A DNA stretch of 64,000 nucleotides, taken from contig NC_042999.1 of NCBI RefSeq assembly GCF_006345805.1, positions 52,638,001 to 52,702,000 of the forward strand, written 5' to 3'. A program made the position numbers and the translations under genes. This document shows, one piece after another, positions 50,947 to 63,329 of the stretch; the stretch's first letter is position 1; every line of letters starts with the position of its first letter. The notes under the pieces were generated by a model. That model saw only the letters and a program-made list of their open reading frames with translations. It did no database searches and was not told the DNA's origin. Source of the DNA: Octopus sinensis (lineage: Eukaryota).

Positions 50947-52384
50947 TTTGTGTGTATACGTGTGTACGTGTGTGTTTGTGCGTGTGTGTGCGTGTGCACG
51001 TGTCTGTGTGCTCGCATGTTTTTGTGTATATCATACAATTTTCTACCATGTTAATCTTTAATAAATTTCCACTTACACCGGTCAATCCAACGTTTTTCGG
51101 ATGGCATTTAGCAAATGTACTGCCGCGCAATATCTTTGAAGTCGGAACCGAAGATGTAATTTCTAGTGGTGAACGTATTCAATCGCCCAGTTTAGCAGCC
51201 TTGGCATTGGTCTTAGAGCACATTGAACTAAGACTCTAACCCAAGGATAACGTCCCCGAAATTTCTAAGTGTTGGTGGTCATTTATTTAAGCGAAATAGA
51301 AGGCCAGGTCCTAATTCTTGTCTACTGTGAACCACCAAACCTCCAAATAGTAACTCGATATAATCAGAGTAGCAGTGAAACTTTCCACATGAAATTACAT
51401 ATTGTCTTTATAGGTCAACAACGAAGCCTGTTTGCTGTCGTTCGACCTTCTAGTAAGAGTAACCGAGTTCCCGATAATTATCATCTAGTTTCTTAGATAT
51501 ACAGTGGGGATGGTTAAGGCATTATTGATCATAAGGCTGGCTAGCCTCGATTGACCGACGACTAAACAAGAAAAACATGCTCTCTTAAAAATAGGAACCC
51601 TTAATTTGGTCCTAAATCTCAGCTCATAATGCAAACAGGATGTTCTCACCACCTGCTATAGGAATATATATAGATGCGGGCTGAACATCAATTAATTTAC
51701 ATATGGCCATCAGTAATGAAGGATTTTCTAGGTATTTGCAGTTAATGGCTTTTGAAAGCTGTGATTTATTGGCCGTTTCAAAGACAACCCTTAACAAATA
51801 CAGCATCAGCATTTCCACTGTTATTCAAACCTGAACAATCTTGCACGTCATCACTGAACCATTCCTCGTCTCAGCTGTCTGTGACCAAGAATGTCTGAAT
51901 TCTTCGATTATAGATATACGCTTCTCATACAGTTTACTCAAACATTTTGAGAACACCTACCCAGTACCCTAAACCTCAACCTAATGTGATCCACTCTTAC
52001 CGTGAGAATAAGGACAAACTATTGATTAGAGTGTAATATTGAGTTTCATATTGTTCATTTCTTTAACGAAAATATAATTTTTTTTGTAGATTCTTTGCGA
52101 TTGTGGTTATTACATCACTTCTTAATCGGTCTCTTATTTCACTAACAATGAAAATCACCGAGCTGTCAGTTCTATCAAATGGACGACTCGACCACCTGCT
52201 AAAATACAGTGATGTAATATTGTGGTAATGATTAAAATAAAATTATACAGTTGAAGCTTTTAGTGTCTGACAGGAGTTTATTTATTGAGAATTAGTTATG
52301 AAATGGCTTGTTTTTATAGCTTCACACAACACTACAATTAATAAAGCATTGTAATTAATAACAAATTTGTGTTCTTGTTTAATT

Positions 52385-53095
52385 GTTATTTTGGTATGGT
52401 TCAGGTTCGGTCTTATTCCTGGTGAGAGTTATGTAGATTGCGGGTTGCTACCTGTAACCTTAAGTATCCGCAAGTTTTCAGCAGTCTTTCAAGTGCTTAG
52501 AACCCTCCTGATAATCTTTGCTGTCCCTAAGAGGCAAACATTCAGGAGGATCTCTACCAGTCATTCTACTTTAATCTCTTTCAGCCATTTGTCTATATTT
52601 TGGTTTACTGTTCTCAACGCTCCAATTATTATAGGCACGAGCATTACTCTTCGTTTACTCGAAATTCCTCATATTGCAAACTTTTGGGGATTCTATTATA
52701 TTGATTTTCTTCCTTCTTTTTACGATCCTGGAATCAAACGAACATGATGGGCCGATAAGCAAGCAACTTCGCTTTTCCTTATCTATGGTTGTAATACCTG
52801 GTCTATTGTTTTCTAATGTCTTGTCCGTTTGAATAGGAAAGTCCCACAAAATCTTACATTTCTCCGACTCCAAGTACTCTTTCAACTCGATGATTGTACC
52901 ATGTTTCCAGCTTCATATTCCCATTCCTGGCACAATTTCCGGTGTATAACTTTTACAGCCTGGTCGTGCCTCCATTTCTTATATTCTTCCTGTTTTACCG
53001 TGGGGCATTCTTCCACAAAATGTGCCATTTTCTCGTCCCAAGTTCGACAGGCGCCACATGTCTTTATCGCATTCTCTCTCTCCATATTATTTATT
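52385..53095 (-). mobile_element. R4/Dong LINE 3' fragment (CCHC + RLE)
   Basis: CRTW..KMAHFVEECP...EYKKWRHDQ, ILWDFPIQTDKTLENNRPGI and CLLGTAKIIRRVLST*. Confidence 0.88.
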
Positions 53096-53125
53096 TGTTT
53101 TTATCGCTTGAACTTGGGCTGCTAC

Positions 53126-53175
53126 AATTAAGTTCAGAAACCATGAGAGCCAATACCTGGTACTGCATCAGGGCA

Positions 53176-53176
<1 letters not shown>
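53126..53176 (-). mobile_element. 5' ~50 bp of element A, joined to the downstream Dong fragment
   Basis: Minus strand ATGCCCTGATGCAGTACCAGGTATTGGCTCTCATGGTTTCTGAACTTAATT. Confidence 0.7.
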
Positions 53177-53206
<30 letters not shown>

Positions 53207-53642
53207 GAGTGAGAGAGCAGTGCATGCTATCAAAGTGACACGGGTAAAATATAAGAAGCCCAGTATACGCATCATGACTACTCGTCTAATAAGGGTACAC
53301 CAGGCACATACATCACAACCATATGTGCGCGATATGGTGATCTCATATGAAGATAAACAGCGCATGACTTTGCAGGTGGGGCCCAGTTCGAATTTTCTTC
53401 TGGTCGAGTAACTCATCCCGCTCAAAAGGTCCCTGAATAAGAATTGTTTAATGATGTTGAACGAAACACCCATGTTTCCAGAGGTGAATTATTCAAACCC
53501 TAAAGAATCTCTCTCGACACATGACTATGATGCTCCCCACTACTTCTGCGCGTGATCAGAGATGCACATATTGTTAGCAAATAAGGGACATGCTTAACTG
53601 GTTATGGTCAAACAACTGACAAGCAAATCTGCAGCATGGCAC

Positions 53643-53646
<4 letters not shown>
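53207..53646 (-). mobile_element. Element A, truncated copy between (AAT)n tracts
   Basis: Reverse complement of the 3' two-thirds of 3111-3729. Confidence 0.85.
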
Positions 53647-53720
<74 letters not shown>

Positions 53721-54390
53721 GCCTTTGCACAGCGTCTAAAGCCGGAGACGGAGCACGGTGTCAGATGTTTACTACCAGTGAACTAAGGTAACACCTCTTA
53801 TTTTTCGGGCACCTTCCGGAGTATTAGAGCGGTTCCAAGCAGTGATGTTTTCTGGAAGTGCTCCATCCTTATTGCAGCCCCTATTTCTTCCACGTAGTTC
53901 TCGAGATTTTTGCTCACTGTTCCCAAGGCTCCGACAGTTATTGGTACTACTGCTTCCTTTTTCATCGACCACAACTGCTTAACTTCCCAAGCTAACCTGT
54001 CATATCTCTCGACTTTTCTTTCTTCCTCATCGCATACCTTGTTGTCAGCTGGGCATTCTGTATCTATGATCCAGCATTGTTTGTTTTACTTTCTCAATTA
54101 AAACTATGTCTGGCTTCCTGTTCTCTATCTTATGGTTGCATGAATCATGAAATCCCATAGGATCTTTGCATTTCTATTTTCGACGATGCCTTCAGGTTTG
54201 TGGTTGTGCCAAATTTTTGCTTTGTCAAGTTCATACTTGTTGCAAAATGTCCAGTGGAAAGCCTTGCTATATTGTCATGGCGTCTCTTATATTCCCTCTG
54301 GGCTAGTGGCGTACATTGGCTGGTAATATGCCATACAGTTTCACCGTTTTGTCCATAAATTCTGCACTTATCACTTTCAGCTGTGTTGTG
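53721..54390 (-). mobile_element. R4/Dong LINE, 5'-truncated (CCHC + RLE + 3' UTR), between (AAT)n tracts
   Basis: DKCRIYGQNGETVWHITSQC...EYKRRHD, ILWDF, NRKPDIV, VVPITVGALG and LLGTALILRKV. Confidence 0.9.
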
Positions 54391-54412
54391 TATTATTATT
54401 ACTATTATTATT

Positions 54413-54714
54413 GAGTGAGAGAGCAGTTCATGCTATCAAAGTGACACTGGGGTAAAATATACGAAGCCCAATATACCCATCATGACTACCCGTCTGATAA
54501 GGGTACACCAGGCACATGCATCACAACCATATGTGCGCGACATGGTGATCTCATTTCAAGATAAACAGCACATGGCCTTGCAGGTGGGGTCCAGTTAGAA
54601 TTTTCTTCAGGTTGAGTAGCCCATCCCGCTCAAAAGGTCCCTGAATAAGGGTTGTTTAAGGATGTTGAAAGAACCACCCATGTTTCCAGAGGTGAATTAT
54701 TCAAACCCCAAAGA

Positions 54715-54715
<1 letters not shown>
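54413..54715 (-). mobile_element. Element A, truncated copy between (AAT)n tracts
   Basis: Reverse complement of the 3' ~300 bp of 3111-3729. Confidence 0.85.
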
Positions 54716-54790
<75 letters not shown>

Positions 54791-54795
<5 letters not shown>

Positions 54796-56690
54796 ATGTT
54801 TGACTTTTGCTGTTATCTGTACAAGTTGATTCCAAGTCCCACCTAGAGACATCAAGAGACAACAAGTTGGAAGTTCATGTTTGTGTTATGCCAAGGGTGC
54901 CATATATTTGGTTGTGCACGTAATATTGTTCTAGAAAATGTTTAAGAAAACAAAAAAATTATGAGTTAGTTTTTAAATTTGAGATTACGCACACAGTATT
55001 TTACGTGGTATATGAGCAGTTCCCATGGGCACTAACTTTTGAATTTCTGCCATTTGGGTGTTTCCTGGTATCTGAGCATGGAAGGAATCAGACCCTTTTG
55101 TTATCATTCCTAGGGCACCTATGTCAACAGGTATTGTCTTAGTCTTGACGTTCCACATTATGCCAATTTCTATTTCATGATCTTTATATTTATGTCGATT
55201 GGGACAGTCATATCAATGAGGAGGCATGATTTTTGTCTGAATATCATGTCTGGCCTATTCGCATCTATCTTTCTGTCAGTTTGAATGGTGAAGTTCCAGA
55301 GGAGTGAGATGCGATACTTTTCAAGCACTGGAGGTGGTTTGTGTTCCCGCCAGTTTTTATCATGGGGCAAGTCCAGATTTTTGCAAATTACCCAGAGAAT
55401 ATATTGTGCTGCTCTGTCATGTCTGTTGAGATACTCTTTAGGAGCAAAAAGACTGCACATGGAAACAACATGATCAATGGCTTCTTTCTCTTGTTGACAA
55501 ACATGACATGTTGGAGAGTTGCCTTTCTTTAATATGTTAGCCTGGTAGTTTTGTGTATTGATCTCGGGTTGTTATGATAAACCCTTCTGTTTCTTACTTT
55601 AAGCCAGAAGCCACTGGCCCTTGATGGGTAAAGGCTTTGTCAACGTCGGCACTGTTAGCTCTCTTTGGGTATTTGCCATTCGGAGGCTTTTCTTGCCATT
55701 TATCAGGAAGAATATCTAAGACAGCAGTTATAGCATGGGTTTTCATACGCTTAGCTTTTTCGGTGCTTGTTTCCAGTACGTCTAATTCTGGTATTTGTTG
55801 TATTTGGAATTCACTTAGATATTCCTTTGCCTGTTTTGTTACTGAGTATGATGCTTTCTTGTTTTCATGCTTTGAGATAAGTTTTAACATCCAGTCATCA
55901 GAGTTTTTTAGGTAGGTGTTGAGACGAATTTTGGTAATCTTCATTGTTAATTCCAGTTGTAAAAGTCATTTCTTGGCAGATAAAGTCGTTCTATATCTGC
56001 CTCAGGGTGGTGCATTCTAGGCATCGTCAACAATTTTCGTATTTTTCAGTCAATATTACATATTTCAGTAATTGACCAGTTAATGATTTTGAAACTGTAA
56101 GTCACGACTGGTATGACTAAAGCATTGATCGCTGCGATTCTGTTTCTTGCATTCAGCTCTGACTTGAGTATTGCCCTTACCCTGCGATAACATTCTCTCC
56201 TGATCCTTTCCCTCATCACTGAATCTTTGAATCCGTCCCCTTCAAATACCCCTAGGTATTTGTAGCTCTCCGCTGGTTCTAACTCCTTTACGGCATTCTT
56301 CTGGTCAAGATTAACATTGGAGGTTTCTGTCATTTTACTTTTGATAAACGTAGCCTTTGCACATTTATCGAGGCCAAATTGCATTCAGATGTCATCACTG
56401 AATTGTTTAACAATCGCTAATAAGCCCTTAAGTTGTTGGTCATTTTTTACAAAGAGCTTTAAATCATCCATGTAAATGAGACGATTTATATTTTCATCAA
56501 ACAATTTATAGCCGTATTGTACATCATCGAGCAATTTCGAGAGAGGTATTAAGGCTACACAAAAGAGGAGTGGTGATAAAGAGTGACCCTGGAAAATGCC
56601 ACGTAAAATTCTTACATCCCCACCATTGAGCGATTCATTCTCAATGCTCAAAGTCAGTGTGGTTCTCCGTGATCTCATACTTACAGACAA
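54791..56690 (-). mobile_element. R4/Dong LINE, decayed (RT C-half to 3' UTR), ending in (AAT)n
   Basis: RGIFQGHSLSPLLFC, YMDDLKLF, FGLDKCAK, YKYLG, HPEADIERLY, EYLNRHD and LLWNFTIQTDRKIDANRPDM. Confidence 0.92.
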
Positions 56691-57847
56691 GTAATTTTGC
56701 AGAGTAGGTGCTACTTAATGCATTTCCGAACTTTCTTAATCTAGCTATGTGGTAGACTATCAAAGATGTTTCTGTTTCCTGTTTAAGCAGTTTTGTACAG
56801 TATTTGATTTATTTGTGGGGAAATACATGGCATTATAGAAGGCCTTAGGAAGTTTATTATCTCCCCAACACAATTTTCCATTTTTGTTTTGGTTATTTGA
56901 CAAAGAGCATGGATGGCCATCTGTTGGAATATTCCGATTGTGGGGTACTTCCTACTCCTGTGTTTCGGGAAGATTTGAACTAGGAGCTGATTTTTCGTAC
57001 CCAATCTGTTTCCTCACTCGATCACGCGGCCCTTGGTGATACGTCAGATGTGGTTTGTATTTTACGTTGTTATCAGTGAGGCATGACGAGCTTGAACGTT
57101 GACATTAGGGGACGTATCTGTCTGTTTAGAGTTAAGTTTTTGAGACAATACCGCCCCCGAGTTCTCTGAATGAAAACATTGCTCGTAACGTAGCTTCTTA
57201 AGACTAACAGATCTGTATTCGTCTGTCTATTTTTTTGTTGATAGCTTTATCACCGGGCATATTTTTTTGAGCTGTTTTTAAATTTACGAATTATCCACTC
57301 TGTGTTAGTTCGAAAAAGAAAAATAAAGAATATTTTGTTTTTTTGTTTCGTTTGTGAAACGTGTTTTCATATGTGTGTATGTGTGCCCTGTAAATTCCAA
57401 GTAGTTGTGTAAACTTTGAGATGTATGTGTAGTCCTATGGGTATTAAAATGTATATATGATTATGTAGACATTCAAGTGTAATTAATTAATTTACATATT
57501 ACTATTTTGTTCCACTTATATTTTATAATTTGTAAACTTTCTGATGTTGATTTTGCGTGTCTTTCGCTCATGTTTCACTGAGATATCATGCATAGAAGAA
57601 ACTGTGCTTTGAATGGCCGTAAAATGTCGTTTTTGTGATTATTTTCATTAAAAGGCCGTTTCTTTCAAATCTTACACAGGTTCTTTTATTCTATTCCACC
57701 GATTTTATTAGATTAGATTTGTATTATAGCGAACTACAGAAACAGTGCATGTTGAAGGCAGTCACACAGTTCCTTGCATAGAATGGAGAGCCTGGTGTAG
57801 CACATTCATGCTGTTATTCATTATGGAGCTCTCTTCTTCTTCTTCTT

Positions 57848-57880
<33 letters not shown>

Positions 57881-57889
57881 ATTATTATT

Positions 57890-58312
57890 GAGTGAGAAAG
57901 TAGAGCATGCCGTCAAAATGACATTGGGTTAAAATACACGAAGCCAGTGTACTCATCATGAATACCCATCTGATAAGGGTACACCAGGTACCTGTTTCAC
58001 GACCATATGGTGATCTCATATCAAGATAAACAGCATATGACCTTGCAGGTGGAGCCCAAAGAATCCCTCTCAACATATAGCTATGATGCTCCCCCACTAC
58101 TTCTGCTCGTGAATAGAGATGCACATGTCAGCCACTAAGGGACATGCTCAACTGGTTAAGGTCAAACAAATGACAAGCAAATCTGTGGTATTGAACAGAA
58201 TATTTGCTGTTAGACCATCTTTTATAACAAGACAAAACAATATACATAACACTTCCAATCAATTAAGATCAGAGGCCATGAGGGCAACTGCTTGGTGCTG
58301 CCCCAAGGCATT
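57890..58312 (-). mobile_element. Element A, both ends present, internal deletions, flanked by (AAT)/(AAG) tracts
   Basis: Plus strand runs GAGTGAGAAAG...CTGCCCCAAGGCATT, the reverse complement of 3111-3729. Confidence 0.85.
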
Positions 58313-58810
58313 TATTATTATTTCTACTACTAATAAATCAGTCCTTGTAGCTTCTATTATTGCAGTTTATGCCGGCCGAAATTAATTTGCAGTGTCGTAG
58401 GCATTTGTGCAATTTGACAGCCTACGAACACTTATGTTATTAAAGCTATTCTGATTCGGATGAAGAACTGAGAAGAGAAGACTCGGAACCAGTTATTTTC
58501 TCAACTCATACTTTCTTGAAAGATAAAAGCAACGATGGGAAGCTCAAGCCGTAATAATTGTTTCTAATTTCGACTCGAAAATGTGAGCCTTCTTTTATAT
58601 TCATTCGTAATCTGATCTTGTCATAGGAAAATGTTGCTATCCAACTTATATTTCTGACTTGACTGTAGATTCAGGAATATACTGGTTCATTTAACAGTAA
58701 ACCATAATTTTATTGGTTACTCCCGACACTGAACAAGGTGGAGAGTCTAATATTGGGTCATCCTCTTTCCATTTTTCGATTCCTTTCCCCCAATAAATCG
58801 CTTCCTTGTT

Positions 58811-59205
58811 GCGAGCTAGCAGAAATGTTAGCATGCCGGGGGAAAGGCTTAGCGATAATTCGTCTGCCGATACGTTCCGAGCTCAAATTCCGCTGAGGTC
58901 AACTTTGCCTTTCATCCTTTCGAGGTCGATTAAATAAGTACCAGTTACCCATTGGGGACGATATAATCGACTTCATGCGTTTGTCTGTCCTTGTTTGTCA
59001 TCTCTGTGTTAGCCCCTTGTGTGTAGTAAAGAAATAGGTATTTCGTCTGCCGTTACATTCCGAGCTCAAATTCCGCTGAGGTCGACTTTGCCTTTTATCC
59101 TTTCGGGGTCGATTAAACAAGTACCAGTTACGCACAGGGAACGATGTAATCGACTTAATCCATTTGTCTGTCCTTGTGTAGCCCTCTGTGGGCAATAAAG
59201 AAATA
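58811..59205 (+). mobile_element. Two tandem GAGCTGGCAGAA-family SINE units
   Basis: A full unit to ~59035, then a second unit starting at GTATTTCGTCTGCC. Confidence 0.85.
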
Positions 59206-60949
59206 AATATTAGTTTTATCTGATGAGGGTTTTGCAAAAGTCCATACCATTATACTCTAAGTTTTGTTACACTTCCAGAATAAAAACAAGTTTTACATGA
59301 TTCTTTTCTGTTCCTTACAAATCTTTACGAATTATAAAAATATAGCAAAAAATTTAACACTTTAAAAAATGAACAAAATCCGTTTATCAAGAAATAATTA
59401 AAATTTATTAATTTAAACATCAACCATTTGACAATATTATTTCGTTGATTACGTATAAATAGTCAGTAACTGCTTAGAAGTTCACATATAACAGTGCCAT
59501 ATTTATCTTCTTGTTAACATCATTTTACATTTATTGTTATTTATGCTGTTGCTGTTATTGATATTGAAAAAGATAATGTAGGCAGGACTGCTGTTTATTC
59601 TGATATCATAACAAACTTATATTTAAGTTGTTCTTGTTGACACTGCTTCAGTTTTTGATGCTCTGTTCAACAATTATATGTATTTGTGTTATTTTAATTC
59701 TTGCTAAGACAGTTTCGCCAAGACACGAACCATTCATCTCTTCGTTTGGCTGCATCAATCCTCATCATCGCAGATTTGTGTTATATTTTCTTAAACCCCA
59801 ACTGTATTGAAGCAGTGTAATCTACTACATTTCTGACCTTGGAGTTTTATATGACATATTTTCAGGACGTTTGTAGCAGATTCACACATTTCATCTCTCA
59901 TTAGACTCCAATAAACACGACAAACCACAAGTTTGATTTCTGAGAGCTTCCGGCTCTTTTTGGTAAGATTCAATCAGTGAAATATAATATTTCAGTGTTT
60001 AAAAATAGGAATATAAATATTCTGTTTAACACTTTTATAAAAATTAGTTCGTTGCTGTTTTAATTCAGATCATATATCCGCTCTTAAATGTAGAGGTTTT
60101 TATATTATAAAATATCCAGGTTTCCTTTATTTCCTTTCAGACCCTCTTTCTATTCTGGAAAGAAAACAAGATATAGATGAATGTGAAATTATCTATCCAT
60201 ATGTAAATGAGAAAAGTAGGGAATATGTTTCGCAAGGTAGTAAACAAGAGATGAACATCTATAGGCCGTCTACAGAATCCATTTCTGTTTTCTTCATTCT
60301 TTTAATCGTTTCTATGCTTTAACTCCACTTTACACACATTGTAAACATTTGGCTCAAACTCTTCTTCAGTCTTAAGATCAGCTAAATACTGTTTACAAGC
60401 GTAACAGATTTGCTGATTTTTCAACGAAACAATGCGACAGATTGAAACACTGTCTTTTAATTTACAATAAAACTGTGAGCTCCAAACACACCACCCTTCT
60501 CACTTGCTCTATTTCTCTCTTATTCCCTCTCTCTTTCCCTCTCACTTCCTTAACTGAGGTAAATGCTTGTAAATGTTCTACAAAATATTCCAGTTTCGCC
60601 CCTCCACAAACAATATCCGAACGATCGACTAATCTCAATCCCTTCAGAAGCAGCTGCTAGTGACTTCCATCGATTATTCATTTATTCCTTCCCCTTCATT
60701 GACAATCATTTCAGTTTCCTTACAACCACATTTGTCAGCTACTTGTTCTCCCAAATTACGCATCAGATGATTCTCTCCTTTGGCAAATTCTGTGAAAGCA
60801 ACGTTGATATTAATGACAACGGAACATTTCTAAACGCTTCGTAATAGACATTTTTCAATGGTAGACCCAATTATTTCTCTTCATTTAATAACCCAACCTC
60901 TGTGTTTAGTTATAATTTGGATATAATTTAAAATTTCAATAGAAACAAT

Positions 60950-61384
60950 GGATCTTTTCGGTTTCAACGGCAATTTTTAACATAATTTCTAGGTAAGAAA
61001 AAAATTTTAAACTTCGTATACTGGTAGAATGTGCTTATAAAACATCTTTTTCTCTTGACAAAATTCTATAGTTTGTAAGATATTTGTTGTTTTTTTTCTT
61101 CAATTTCTGCAATTTCAACCAATCACTGACGTCTATTGAGGTAAAAAAAAAAAACATTCTGTGCCGTATGAATATGTCCCTCGTTTAAGAAACAGATTGG
61201 GTTTATTTACATTTGTGAAGAAAAAAAGATAGCCTTCCCCCCACCCCTAACTCTAACCCTAACCTTAACTAACCCTAACCTAAAACAGAATGAAATGCAA
61301 TAGATCGATACTAGGGTCATAATTTTGGGTGACAATTTCATATGACACCGCTAGAAAAAACTGCCGTTCAAACCGAAAAGATGC
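60950..61384. mobile_element. 435-bp MITE with ~28-bp TIRs and 8-bp TSD, containing telomere-like (CCCTAA)n
   Basis: Left GGATCTTTTCGGTTTCAACGGCAATTTTT; right (reverse complement) GCATCTTTTCGGTTTGAACGGCAGTTTTT. GAAACAAT at 60942-60949 and 61385-61392. Degenerate CCCTAA repeats at ~61244-61285. Confidence 0.85.
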
Positions 61385-62475
61385 GAAACAATTGTGTGCA
61401 AAAACATTTATTAATGCTTATAGGTAATACTTTCTTCATTAGACTTAACACAGGCCGCAGCTTCTCTTGCATTTACGACACAAAGAAGGAAGTATTCGAC
61501 ATTTCACAGATTTGTTTTTATAGATATGATAGCGCTGACTTTTGTCGCGGAACACGGGAAAAGAAATGCGAGTTAAAAATATATTTTCTAGAAATACAAA
61601 ATTTATGGAAAACTGTAGTCTTATTTCAGAAAATGACACCTTGTAGAATCACGAGAAAACCCCTTTTTGTAACTTCATTATGGCGATTTTATGAAGTTTA
61701 CATTTTGGGAATTGCCTTTTACATACAGAAACACACGATGACATGCACATATACATTTACGTATACACACATGTTGACCTACAAACGCACGTTTACATGC
61801 ATACACACGTTCACATACATGTTTATATGGACACGCACACACACACAGACACACAGAGTTATAAATGCGATCTCCGCCTGGTTTTCAGTGCCTCTCCCCG
61901 TCTGGCTTTCTAGCTTATAGACTCAGTCCCTTGGAAGGCTACATCCCACGTATTTGGTATCAGTGTATTCCCGGAAATGTTTCGATGTTAATTTGACCCA
62001 TTGATCTGTGGTGCAGATTTCAGGCCACTCTACAGCACCTTTAGTTCTTAGTAAAACGTGAACTAAAGAATATAACAATAAAAGTAATATATGTGCAATT
62101 TGTATATCCAAGAGCGTTACACCTCTGTATATAGTGGCTATTTAAGCAAGGTGTTCGAGGATGATCAAAGGGTTGAACGGGTTGTGATGAAGGGGCAATA
62201 ACCCCATGAAATATGTCATGCTCCCATTACCCCTTTTTTCATCTTCGATCTCATTGTTTGTTTACGCCTGAGCTCTCGTATACGATTCGTTTTAACAAAC
62301 ATCATTGGTATCTGGAATTTCTAGAGAATATTTGTATAGACAATCTTAACAAGTAGTGTAAACGTGAACTGCCAAAGTAGTAGAATGGGGTATTGTTTGA
62401 TATCGTTTGATATCCTTTTATAGTATAATTTGGTTGCATAAGGAAATACTGCGTACCTTGATAAATGCAAGGAAA

Positions 62476-62690
62476 GCGGTGAGCTGGCAGAGTCTTTAGC
62501 ACGCTGGACGAAATGTTTAGCTGTATTTCGCTCATCGCTAAGTTCTGAGTTCAAATTCCGCCGAGGTCGACTTTACCTTTCATCCTTTCGAGGTCGATAA
62601 ATTAAGTACTAGACAAACACTGGGCCCGATCTAATCGATTAGTCCCCTCCCCACAAATTTCAGACCTTGTGCCTATAGGAAAAAGGATTA
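62476..62690 (+). mobile_element. GAGCTGGCAGAA-family SINE (short-tail variant)
   Basis: Head GCGGTGAGCTGGCAGA, B-box GAGTTCAAATTCC, tail CCTTGTGCCTATAG..AAAGGATT. Confidence 0.85.
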
Positions 62691-63115
62691 AAAGGATTAA
62701 TAAGTGCAAGGCTTACTAGAGTGCTAAAACAAAATGGAGTTTGGTTTAAGAATTATCCTTAATTCCGAAATTGCAAGACAAACAGAATAATTCAAATTTT
62801 TGGAATTCTTTCAAATTTTACATATGGTTAGGTAGTAAAAGACTTCTTATTGGTTTAGAATCGTTTTACCTCCTCCCCTTTTACCAAATTTGCTGGCCTT
62901 GTGTAACTAAAGCGAGCTTTTCCTTTCATTCTTTAGGGCTGGATGAAATAAGTACCATTTAGGATTTGGGGTCGTTCTAATCGATTTAGACCTCTCTTAG
63001 AAATTGTTGGCGGCCCTGTACCAAAATTTGAAACTATTATTATTATTTTTATTATTCAATTTCACTCGCCCTGGGAGCAAACAAAATAAATCACTACTAC
63101 TACTACTACTACTGA

Positions 63116-63310
63116 GGCAAGCGAGCTGCCAGACTCATTCGCACACCCGGCAGAAGGTTAGCAGCATTTCGTTCGTTTTATATTTTCAGTTCAATTTCCA
63201 CCAAGGTTGATTTTGCTTTTCACCCATTTCGGGGTCAATAGAATAAGTACCAGTTGTGTACTGGTATCGATGTAATCGATTTGCACCTTCTCTCAAAATT
63301 GCCGACATTT
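63116..63310 (+). mobile_element. Degenerate GAGCTGGCAGAA-family SINE
   Basis: GCGAGCTGCCAGA head and ATAAGTACCAGTTGTGTACTGG body. Confidence 0.65.
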
Positions 63311-63329
63311 GAAACCATTATCGTTATTT

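Noticed and set aside
56783-57004. 73-aa minus-strand ORF upstream of the decayed Dong copy
   Set aside because: No RT or other motif recognised, so it was left outside the element boundary.
61244-61285. CCCTAA repeats as a true telomere or fusion scar
   Set aside because: Short, degenerate and internal to a TIR element with a TSD.
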